Source: Macrostomum lignano (lineage: Eukaryota). From it: a DNA stretch of 64,000 nucleotides. The position numbers were made by a program, and so were the translations under genes. Positions 1 to 10,086 of the stretch are shown one piece after another (position 1 is the first letter of the stretch; every line of letters begins with the position of its first letter). The notes under the pieces were generated by a model, which saw nothing but the letters and a program-made list of their open reading frames with translations, was not told the DNA's origin and did no database searches. The stretch covers positions 207,491 through 271,490 of the forward strand of contig NIVC01000048.1 in NCBI GenBank assembly GCA_002269645.1, written 5' to 3'.

Positions 1-1032
1 CCCTCTAAACTTTTACTAAGGCAAAATAATCGCAGTTTGAAGTTTTGTTTTATTCAAAGAATCCATTTTAAGATCAGTTCATTGGTCAAAATAAAAATTC
101 TCGTCGAACTTACCTGTTGCACAAAAGTGCAGTGCTTCTACTCGTACAAGTTCAATATAGTTTTAAACGAGGTAATTTGACGTCTTTAGGTGGACTTGGC
201 TAACTCAGCCCAATATGTTACAGCGTCTAAAATACAGTAGCTGTCGACTTCAGCGCGCAGGGACAATAGAGAAAACTCTTGTTGCTAACAGCTGGATGAG
301 ACTATGAGAGGCGGTCAGCTTGCAATTGTTCTCCTCTTGCTATGCACAGAAACTCTTCCCCGTACCAGCCTATAGCGATGTAGCAGCATGGCCAGATGGC
401 GGTGAGGCAGTGAAACGGGAGAGACTGCATGCCCACTGCGTGTCAGGTGGTTTATGGTTAAAAAAATAGTATAAAGAAGCTGAATGGCAAGTTTTTCTTA
501 ACCCACAGCGCTACTGACGATACACAAAAAGACTCTTCTCTACCCTGACGCCGCTTGGGCGATGCGGTCAAGAGACGAAGAATGAACGCTTTCTAATGAT
601 TGAGTACGAAAATTTGCCCTGAGTTCTCACCACCGTACAGCACCTTTTTTGACTAATATTTGTAGAGTTCAAATTCAAACTTTTGTCTCCATCATCATGG
701 CCTGTTCGACAGAAGAATTTACTCAGCTTGTCCTTAACTTTAAAGTACGCCTCGAACTTCAGTACCCAGAAAAGTGGGCATAAATAGTTGATTCAAAAAA
801 ATCAACGGATCAAAAATCTTTTTTCATGTCAAATAGCCTAGTAAGTACTCGATACGGCAACTGAGAAGACATGCTGTCTTTTAACCTCTCAATATCTGCC
901 ACTACAGCCATCTAAGCAACATTGAAATATTTTGGAATTTTTCTATATTATACAGAAACTCCACTAAAACGTAGTCGCAATCGTTTTTATATTTTTTCTT
1001 TTACCGTAAAAATACAGGGCATCCTCTGATAT

Positions 1033-1300
1033 TTCTACTCACCAAAGTAGAGTAGTTCGCACGCGTCAGAAGTGGTTTAATTTGTGTCGCGGCATCAGCT
1101 AGATTGCAGTAGCTGCATGCAGCACAGCACAGCGCACTGTAAATAGCGGCTCTCACAGCCTGTGCAGCTGGTGGGCCGCAGCCTGGGGGATCTGGATTTG
1201 AGCCAAAAGCAATTCCTCAGCTTACCCTGTCGCAACAATTACTGGCCGATTTCCGGTCGGGAGCGGCAAATCCCCCAGGCTAACTCGATACCCATTTTTG
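1033..1300 (+). repeat. ~260-bp direct repeat (second copy 2223-2479) carrying ncRNA copy A and ~135 nt of upstream flank
   Basis: Direct sequence comparison. Similarity decays immediately after the T-run. Confidence 0.9.
1170..1299 (+). ncRNA. Putative Pol III structured ncRNA, copy A1 (~130 nt, Y/sbRNA-like topology, family unassigned)
   Basis: GTGGG(1171-75) pairs with CCCAT(1291-95) and is followed by a T-run. AGCCTGGGGGA(1180-90) is the perfect reverse complement of TCCCCCAGGCT(1271-81). The internal loop is CCGC/AACTCGATA. TAAATAG lies at 1140-46. Covariation with copies B and C. Confidence 0.6.
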
Positions 1301-1632
1301 CACTTAATTTATCAACAATTAGGAATTGCGAGTTACATTTGATGTACCTGTGTGTTGAACATTTTATCTTAAAGACTCTCCGCTCCAATTGCTTAATATT
1401 CAATAAATTCAATAACATAGACATGTACATTTATATCTCCAGCGGCACTGTACATGTATCATGTACAAATGATTTCAAGTTATCATTTACACTGTCCATG
1501 CATACTGATAATATGACCTGCCTTAATTCAATACAATACATTGTTTTTAGTTTGCATACCAGTATTTGTCAATTTTGCTATTGAAATGAGAATTTTGGCA
1601 TAAACTTCTACTGATTTCTTTGCCTATTTTCA

Positions 1633-1937
1633 GTAGTATGTTTGGTCCACTTTTGGAAATTTAATGATGAGAAATGCAGCCGGTTGCGCCAAGTCGCTCA
1701 GCTTCAACTCAAATAGCCGCATTGCCTGCCGCATCTGTCGGTGGGCCGCGGACCGGGGGATCTGGGCTTGAGCCAACAGCAACTCCTGATCAGTGCTTCT
1801 GGGACGGCTGGCCGATGCGGCTGGTCGGACCGGCGCGACTCCCTCGGTCCAACTCGATACCCACTTTTTGCTGCTTTTGTGCTGATCTGGTCAATGTTTG
1901 ATAGCCGGTGGGGCAGCTGCGGCCTCTGGGTTCAAAT
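1633..1937. repeat. ~300-bp inverted repeat (partner 2913-3229) carrying ncRNA copies B/C
   Basis: 1633-1937 is the reverse complement of 2913-3229 with scattered substitutions and small indels. Confidence 0.9.
1740..1869 (+). ncRNA. Putative Pol III structured ncRNA, copy B
   Basis: GTGGG(1741-45)/CCCAC(1860-64) followed by T5. GGACCGGGGGA(1750-60) pairs with TCCCTCGGTCC(1840-50). Same internal loop as A1. AAATAG at 1711-16 has the same 30-nt offset as in A1. Confidence 0.6.
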
Positions 1938-2349
1938 CGATGTTCTGCAGTCAGAATCAAACGCCATTACGTCATTACTGAACTCTCTGTGCATCGAACT
2001 GGTTTTAGGGCCGCCTTTTACAGGCTTGATTGGTTTCAGACACATGAGCAGAACCGCAAATCTCGATTTTTGACTGTTTTAGATGTGAAGTTTTAGCTTG
2101 TCAAATTTCGATGTTTGGGAATAATTCATAGCATTTTCTGACAAATACCATATGATGAATTACTGTATAGGTTTCTGTTTTTTCTCTTCTCAAAGTAAAA
2201 AATACATGCAGTATTATTATGCTTCTACTCACCACAGTAGAGTAGTTCGCACGCGTCAGAAGTGGTTCAATTTGTGTCGCGACATCAGTTGGATTGCAAC
2301 AGCCCAGCACAGCGCACTGTAAATAGCGGCTCTCACAGCCTGTGCAGCC

Positions 2350-2478
2350 GGTGGGCCGCAGCCTGGGGGATCTGGATTTGAGCCAAAAGCAATTCCTCAG
2401 CTTTCCCTGTCGCAACAAACTGGCCGATTTCCGGTCGGGAGCGGCAAATCCCTCAGGCTAACTCGATACCCACTTTTT
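2350..2478 (+). ncRNA. Putative Pol III structured ncRNA, copy A2
   Basis: Near-identical to A1. AGCCTGGGGGA(2360-70)/TCCCTCAGGCT(2449-59), CCCAC followed by T5 (2474-78), AAATAG at 2321-26. Confidence 0.6.
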
Positions 2479-2985
2479 GTCGTTAATTACGGTAGTGTAG
2501 GCATTTTTTATACTCGTAGAAATTAATAATACATGCGTTACTTTTACACTTTGCTATATAAACAGTATTCACATAAACTTCGTATCTTGATTAAGCAAAT
2601 GCAGAAATTTGGTATCTATTTGAGCTGTCTCGATTTCAAATTTCTCTACCGAGGTGAGTAGTAATATAATAATATTGCAAGCATTATCACTTTAAGAAGT
2701 GGAAAATGCAGAAACTTATGCGGTATAGTTAATCATACACAAACCTATGCGTAATAATTACTAGTATTATTCCCGAATATTAGGATTATCAAGCTGAAAC
2801 TGAATATGCATACATATATGCTGGAAAATTTTATCAAGTTCAAGAGTGACGTAGTTTCACTCATGTGCCCGAAACCTCGGCTCCCAAGCCTGATGCTGAG
2901 CGCAGAATGTGAGTTTGAACCCAGAAGCCGCAGCTGCCTCACTGGCTACCAAACATCGACCAGCTCGGCACAAAGTTGCAGCCGC

Positions 2986-3117
2986 AAAAAGTGGGTGTCG
3001 AGTTGGACCGAGGGAGTCGTGCCGGTGGTCGGATCAGCTAAATCGACCAGCCGTCCCAGAAGCACTATCAGGAGTTGCTGTTGGCTCAAGCCCAGATCCC
3101 CCGGTCCGCGGCCCACC
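2986..3117 (-). ncRNA. Putative Pol III structured ncRNA, copy C (inverted paralogue of B)
   Basis: Reverse complement reads GTGGG-CCGC-GGACCGGGGGA...TCCCTCGGTCC-AACTCGACA-CCCAC-TTTTT. AAATAG (rc at 3142-47) lies 31 nt upstream. Confidence 0.6.
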
Positions 3118-3747
3118 GACGATGCGGCAGGCAATGCGTGGCTATTTGAGTTGAAGCTATAGGGGCGACTTGGCGCAACCGGCTGCTTTTCTCATCAAGA
3201 AATCGCCAAAGTGCACCAACCATACTACTTACAGGAGGCAAGGGAAGCTTACTCGTTTCCTAGATGCATACTTTTAAATAAACTATTTGTTGCAAGTTTT
3301 CGGGGGTCATACGAAAATAATTTTCATTTGCTACTCATAGTAGTTGCTTTTAAAATATTAAAGCAGAGTCTTTAATTGTTTCTTGAATGTAAAAAGTTTT
3401 AGCTTTAAATTTTATAGAATACTTTTATTATTTTCATTAGATAACAATTGTATTAAAACATAATTTTGTTGAAACGTTCTTTGCGCGCGTGTTCAATTGT
3501 TCTTATTGCAAGAATCTGAAGGCATCGATGAACGAGCTGGGATTCATTTTCGGCTAATGACAGCTAATACTGACTAGTATTAATCCCACTAACATCATTC
3601 AATAAATAATAACATTTACAGAAATAAAATTCGAATAGTTTAATCCATTTATTACGCTTCTAAACAAACTTTTCATAGTTTTTTATAGACCTTTGCCCAG
3701 TTTGTTACTAGACTACAGAACTTAGAAGACTGATTAAGAACTAAACA

Positions 3748-3781
3748 ATGGACTTGGCTCTTCCAGGCAACTTGCAAGATG
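3748..3781 (+). CDS. C1orf50: C1orf50/DUF2452 family protein, exon 1 (MDLALPGNLQD, phase 1)
   Basis: ATG at 3748 and GTATGT donor at 3782. The phase matches the acceptor at 6149. This exon is inferred from splice signals and frame, not from homology. Confidence 0.55.
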
Positions 3782-6149
3782 GTATGTGAAATTTTAAATT
3801 GTCACTCCTAAAATCATAATTTTCCTAAAATAGGCCTTGGCGTATAGCTATAGCCTGTAGGCTATTTTAGAATGTCAATTTTTTCTCTGCTTGTGTATAG
3901 TATGGAACAACCATGTCATGCTGTAGGCCTATGCCGCCTATATATCCTATTTATGCTTGTTTAATCACTAATATCCAATTACAAGGCATATTTATAAATG
4001 GTCTTGGCATACTATATAATAATTGTTATAAATATGGCATTAACAAAGCTTATTTATGCCTAGCTTGAGTTTTTAAGTTGGATTGGTTAGTTAGATTGGA
4101 AGTTAGTTTGGAAAATCTAAAATATTTTATAGACCTAATATTTTGAACAGTAGCAATATTATTAAATAAAATAAACTAATAAACTATTTTTGCTACAATA
4201 TAGAGCTACCCCATTTGCCTCCCTCCTTTCTTAGGGTCTTTACTCTCCAAAATCTATCCTTCAATAAATTTCTAGTTTTATCACTAACAAGCTATAATAT
4301 TTTATAACCAAATAACCAGAATTAAAAAACAAATTTCTTATAATTTTATGCTTTCTTAGAAAGTTTTATTCTATTATATAGTTCACCCTATCAATTGAAG
4401 TGGGGGAAAAGAAAAGAAAAAAACTTCCTAGCTTGGTTGGCTAACACCAATTTGAGTGGTTCTGACTTTTGAATCACTACCAGCATTGAGTTTGCATGAA
4501 TTAAATCTGGAAAATTGCGTAGACAAATCCCAACAAAATTTCTCCTGTTTTACTCTGGCTACTGCACTGGGGTCCTCAATTCCAGGGGGAGGGTAGTCCT
4601 TATAAGGCCATAGCTAAACCATGGTACAAATGGAGCATTAGTTGGCTAGTAAAGTGGACATTGTGAGTCAAAGTTTGGCAAGAACAAAAAACATAAGGGG
4701 AGAATAGCCTAAATTTAAAAAAACCAAAAACTGGGGCACAGAGGCCAAAACAGGAAAATGATGGGCCAACCTAGGAATTTGGATGATGACAAGGGTGATG
4801 TCAGGGTAGCACTTCAAGGTGGACATATGGGACCAAACCCGGGAAGAAAACAACACAACCAGGGGGTGGAACAAATTCAAAAAATCATGTAGTAAACCCC
4901 ATTTACTATACAATATACATTTTATCTCCATTATTAAGTCAGCTTCACTACCATTCCATATATGCCCAACCTCAAAATTTCACCCGTCCAGTATAACTTA
5001 GTTTTGTTCAGATTTGCAACTTAGTTCCTCCTAATTGCGACTTAGTTCCTCTCAATTGTGACTTAGTTTCCTTGATTGTGACTTAATTTTCACTTTATAT
5101 ATGACTTTTCTTGCCTTTTTCTCTTTTCTCCTCCTCTCTCTCTCCTCTTTCCCCTTTCTTTTGTCTCCCTCCTTTCTTTTCCTTTTCTCTTCCTCTCCTT
5201 TCTTTCTTCCCCCAATTTTTTGTTTTTTTTTCATTTTTGATTTTGCAACTTCCTTGTCTAGTGGTCATTTCACCTGTCCAGTTTGGTTAGGTTGGATAGG
5301 TGTTGAGCATGTATGTTCACTAGGCCTACCCGACTTTATTTTGCTTGAACTAATATGCATTTTGTTTAGACTTTGTAAACAGCCACTCACACTTAGTTCA
5401 TCTATCATTATTCACTTGTCAATAAAATTGACAATTGAAAGGAATTCTATATTTTTAGAAGACAAAAATTTTGTTGGCCAAATAATAAAGGTACTATAAA
5501 AGTGCAAGCCAGATTATAATATTAAAGACAAATGAAGTTTGCAGGCCACATAAAAAGTCTTTGTAGGCCAGATCTAGCCTGCAGACCAGAAGTTGCCAAC
5601 CTTGGTATAAATGAATCTATTGTCTATTATGTCTAATAATTTACAATTATTTCAGTTCTATAAATTTGACTCTACTTATAACATTACAATTTACTTGTAT
5701 AGATAATGATTAAGTTTCAAAATGACTCCAATAAAAATTTGGCTCAAACCAAATATTCTTTATAATTGTATTGACTTGAAATTTTAGTATTAATATTATA
5801 GCAAGTATTTTAATATATAAAATTGCAATGAATAAGTTTAAAAATTGTCTTTGTCTTTTTGAACTGGTTGTTTTCTATTATCACATTTCAAATTAATAGA
5901 CAAAAGGACTAAGGCCTAGAAACCTATACTAGCTTTTGGATTGTTTTTGTGTTTGTTTTGGTAGGCATTCTGATTTTAATTAAGCTTTTTACTAAGATAG
6001 AATAAATAATTGTAGCTAATTAAAATACCAATGGGCTACAAATTATGATAACTATTTCTTGTTGCATTGCAATATCTTGAACTTGAAATACACACAAAGC
6101 TCTAGCTAACATAATAAGCTGAAGCTCTGACCAATCTTCAACATTTCAG

Positions 6150-6262
6150 TGCGCACAGTTGAAAAGAATTCAAAGCCTTTAGGCGTGGAACTGGTCTCGG
6201 CCAAGCATAGCCAAGTCAGCACACCTGGTGACTTAGTGAGTTTGGCCCAGCAAATTGAGAAG
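6150..6262 (+). CDS. C1orf50: C1orf50/DUF2452 family protein, exon 2
   Basis: TTTCAG acceptor and GTAAGA donor. VELVSAKHSQVSTPGDLVSLAQQIEK resembles human C1orf50 [27 protein letters not shown] (recalled sequence). Confidence 0.8.
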
Positions 6263-6835
6263 GTAAGAAGAATAAATCTTAATGCTTCTAAATTGTATAC
6301 AGTATCTTTGCAATGCATATCACAGAGTAGAGTACTGCTTATTCTATAAGATCGTTGTCCACTCTGCCTGCTGATCAATCAAATTAATCTAATTGTTAAA
6401 TATCAATTTTGAGCAGTGTAAAAGCGACAATGGCTACATTAGGGTTATTTGTCTAGCTAAATTGAAACTCGTGCAATCGTGCAGCACTCGTTTATCTCCA
6501 AGCACTTTTGTAAACTCTAACTTGCCATAAAATTCTATCCTTAGCCAGTGGGCCCATTTATTCACAGGGCCATTAGCCAGTTGCTAGTGCAAACAGCAAA
6601 TTTTGAGTATCATTGCTGCTGTAATTCGCTTTATTTAAACTACATTCACAGCCTGATCTTTGCTAAGCTCAGTGTAAATATATGCATCGACTGAAAGCTG
6701 TTTAAATACGTGGTTTGTTTGATGCGGTGAAGTCGTTCAGCTTAAAAATCGCTCCCAGGTTCTGACTAAGCTCAGCAAAGCGATTATTGTCTGACAGAGA
6801 GCCAGATTTGCTCTTAATCGATCATCGGCATCGTC

Positions 6836-8509
6836 ATGATGTCTGGATATCGACAGCGCTTGTTGGAGTCTTTTTTGGGCTGCTTATCGGAGACCACAGC
6901 CCACGGACTGGTGCGTCTCAGAGACAGCGGATCCGACGGCAGACGGCGACCTCTGCAAGTGAAGACTGTGTGGCTATTAGCCATTCTAGCCTCCTTGGCC
7001 TATTGTTCGGTGAAAGTGTATGAGTCTTACAAAACATTTACTAGCGGTGATGTGGCCACGGTTATTAAGGCGAATTCCGTTCCATTTGTGTTTCCCGATG
7101 TGTACCTGTGCCACGAGAGCGCCATATCCGGCAGCTATTCGGTCGCACTCAGCCATCGGGACAGCGAAGAGCTTAATCGCTACAGACGATTAGTAAACGA
7201 AACAGTAGCTGGATTCTCCGATGCAGAGACCCGACTGTACAACTATGCGATTCGATTAATCAACAGTTTGCCATATCAGTTTGTTTTCAATCGGTTAGGT
7301 CGTCAGCTGCAATCTGTACTTTATTACGACGTTGTTGGAGTTCAAACTTACACAGTGAATACTACTCATCTGAGCATATTTCACGATCCTGGTTGGTTTA
7401 ATTGCATCTTACTTAGTCTGCCTTACAAAGTTAGAAGATCCATGCAAGATTCCAACACGATGATCAGCTTGGTGCTCTATTCGGATCCGCCCATTCCGCC
7501 CCCGCTCGACAACTCAACTTATCAGGATATGCATCCGTACATTGATGGAGGCTACATCAATTTAAAGCCGTACGATTTGGACGCCTTTTATGGTCTAGAT
7601 GCGACACGATCAAGCGGATATCGGGTATTTTTAACCGACCAAGGCAGCTATCCAACTACATTCGACACCCAGCTGATTGTTGGTACTAGTCAGAAGCATC
7701 AGATAGTTGTCAAAATGCAGGATATTGGCTATGATGTGAAGGATTTTGCTGGTAAATGCGTCAGCGGCGACACCAATGAGGTCATCGGGGTGCTGAATCC
7801 CTACACAGGTGGCATGGACTCTTACCCGTACAATCGGGCAATGTGCTGGTACAAAGAAGCTGCTAGACTATCCCGCCTCTGGTATAACTGCTCCGTGTGG
7901 CGTTATCCCACAATGTGGTTAGATCGCGATTTGCCTTCCTGTTTTAACATGTCGTCAATAGACAATCCGGGCTTCTCTAACGTCCTTTTTGATGCCGAAC
8001 GAAATCAATTGTTATCGAAAGCTTGGCTGGCTTGTAAAAATGTCATCCCTTGCAGTAGTCGGGTGTACACTTATCAGTATTCGTCAAGTTTTTGGCCAAG
8101 TCAACGAACCTGGCAAAATTTTCGTCGCACCTATTCAGCTTATCGCGCAGATTTACCAGCGGGTGCTGTCCGGCACCCGGGTATCGATTATCTATTGAAC
8201 AATGCCACGGATGAGTTTGCAAAAGAATCACTTCTTGTATTGACTTTTTCCGCTGCTGAGGGTACCAGCCAGTCTTTGCAGTTGTCTCTGGCCTATGACT
8301 TCAACTCTCTTATCGCCGATGTTGGAGGCCTAATGGGTTTGTTTCTTGGCATGTCACTGCTGTCGCTGTTGGAACTTTTAGAGCTGCTGCACGATCTAAT
8401 ATGCTGCTTGTTTTGTTCCACTACTGATAGTCATGTTGAAGAAATTCAGATTGTTGAAGCTTCAGTTGCTGGTGCAGCTAGTGAATCGTCATCTTCCAGA
8501 AATACCTGA
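6836..8509 (+). CDS. DEG/ENaC (amiloride-sensitive sodium channel family) subunit, 557 aa, intronless
   Basis: N-terminal TTAHGL (HG) motif, TM1, post-M1 FPDVYLC, GYRVFL and TM2 LIADVGGLMGLFLGMSLLSLLE with a G-x-S filter. Confidence 0.92.
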   Translation: MMSGYRQRLLESFLGCLSETTAHGLVRLRDSGSDGRRRPLQVKTVWLLAILASLAYCSVKVYESYKTFTSGDVATVIKANSVPFVFPDVYLCHESAISGSYSVALSHRDSEELNRYRRLVNETVAGFSDAETRLYNYAIRLINSLPYQFVFNRLGRQLQSVLYYDVVGVQTYTVNTTHLSIFHDPGWFNCILLSLPYKVRRSMQDSNTMISLVLYSDPPIPPPLDNSTYQDMHPYIDGGYINLKPYDLDAFYGLDATRSSGYRVFLTDQGSYPTTFDTQLIVGTSQKHQIVVKMQDIGYDVKDFAGKCVSGDTNEVIGVLNPYTGGMDSYPYNRAMCWYKEAARLSRLWYNCSVWRYPTMWLDRDLPSCFNMSSIDNPGFSNVLFDAERNQLLSKAWLACKNVIPCSSRVYTYQYSSSFWPSQRTWQNFRRTYSAYRADLPAGAVRHPGIDYLLNNATDEFAKESLLVLTFSAAEGTSQSLQLSLAYDFNSLIADVGGLMGLFLGMSLLSLLELLELLHDLICCLFCSTTDSHVEEIQIVEASVAGAASESSSSRNT

Positions 8510-8879
8510 CTAACTTGCGCTTATTGAAATTGCTGCACAATACTCCGATTTGGGTAAAATGAAATCACGATTTTACGGAAATCGACTGCTTGACAGATAT
8601 GCTAGAACTTTTAATATAGAGACGGATATTGTTCTGTTAAATGTAAAATATTTTTATACGGGTACTTTTTACAAGCAATTGACATTTCATAAGCCTCAAG
8701 CCTCAATTCCAACAATCTGCAATGTAAAGCTTATAGAATATGATGACCAATATTTGTTTCTCTTCAATGTTGTAAAGTTGCAAGTTTTTGGGATTTTTTG
8801 TTATGAAAGATTAGCTTGTAAATCGCGCCTCCATTTTAACCTCTGCTTTTTTGTTCCATATTATCGTATAAGAATTCAT

Positions 8880-9144
8880 TCACTGGAGGGCACCCTGATG
8901 CAGCACGATTGGCGACATTATCCCACAGCTAGCGCTTGGGCAATTTTTCCCGTCTCGCTGACTTCTAAGCACCTACAAGCGCACCTACAGCGGGTTAAGT
9001 GGTTGGCCCTCATGGCTGTGAATCACACGACAACTTCCGGCCAATTTTCATGCCCTAGCCCCAAATAAATTTGGCTTGGTACGGAATCAAACCAGGGGTC
9101 GTGGCACAAGAGTCACGTGTTTATCTCTGAGCTGCTCTACCCCC
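8880..9144 (-). mobile_element. Candidate tRNA-derived SINE (degenerate tRNA-like head at 9072-9144)
   Basis: rc reads GGGGTAGAGCAGCTCAGAG...GGTTTGATTCC, with A-box-like and B-box-like motifs at tRNA spacing. Stems are imperfect and a ~190-nt non-tRNA body follows. The 3' boundary is approximate. Confidence 0.5.
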
Positions 9145-9209
9145 AGTTTTTCGATTTCTTTGCTTAAAATTAATGTAAAATAAAACCAGAATATTCGCTT
9201 TATAATTAA

Positions 9210-9494
<285 letters not shown>

Positions 9495-9867
9495 TGATAA
9501 TGATTTCTTTGATGTGTATGCAATGCAGACTGATGTTTATTTTAAGGAAGAATTTAAAGTACATACGGAATCTGGTAAAACTGATAATCTACTATATGGG
9601 ATCTGGTAGGATTTAGAATTTAAAGATTTAGTATAGGTGGATTACATGAGATCTGAGATAATGAAGAATTTACTACTAGATGGGCTTAAGGATTGAATTT
9701 TGAGTCTAATAGATAAGTTAAGTCTTTAAAATTTAAGTCTCAAATTAAGTCGAGATATGGTGCTTAAAATAAGACTTATTATAATGAAAGATCTTGGGAA
9801 ATTTTCTACTAAAAAATCTAGCAACGACAACTCAAACATCGAATCGCTGATCCCCCATATCCGCCAG

Positions 9868-10086
9868 GAGTGGGGCACCTCATGCCCGCACTCATTCCTG
9901 GGCGCCTATCGTCTGGAGTTTGACCAATCGTGGACACCCGTAGAGAAATTGGCAGCCAAGGCCGCCTCGCAGAAGCTAGTCTCTGAAATGTTTGGCTCGC
10001 AGAGACTGGCGGCCATCGAGTCTGGAACCGCCGCTGCAACCTCTGCTGCTCCTTCGTTGGCGCAGAAACCGGAAACTGTTGATTGA
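9868..10086 (+). CDS. C1orf50: C1orf50/DUF2452 family protein, exon 4 (joined protein ~194 aa)
   Basis: CAG acceptor, EWGTSCPHSFLGAYRLEFDQSWTP motif and stop at 10084-86. The four exons sum to 585 nt in frame. Confidence 0.9.
   Translation, partial: EWGTSCPHSFLGAYRLEFDQSWTPVEKLAAKAASQKLVSEMFGSQRLAAIESGTAAATSAAPSLAQKPETVD

Noticed and set aside
1131-1215. Resemblance of short stretches to 7SL/Alu (GCCTGTGAATAGCC, GGAGGATCGCTTGAG)
   Set aside because: The segments are in the wrong order and there is no SRP S-domain helix 8 motif.
1002-2494. TACCGTAA (1002-09) / TTACGGTA (2487-94) as Tc2-like transposon ends enclosing three ncRNA copies
   Set aside because: Only 8 bp of inverted match, which does not extend. 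Compatible with chance.
1162-3162. ORFs overlapping the four repeated elements (e.g. 1162-1584, 1741-2073, 2806-3162, 2101-2418)
   Set aside because: No frame is conserved across copies, there are frameshifting indels and stops, and substitutions follow base pairing rather than codon position.
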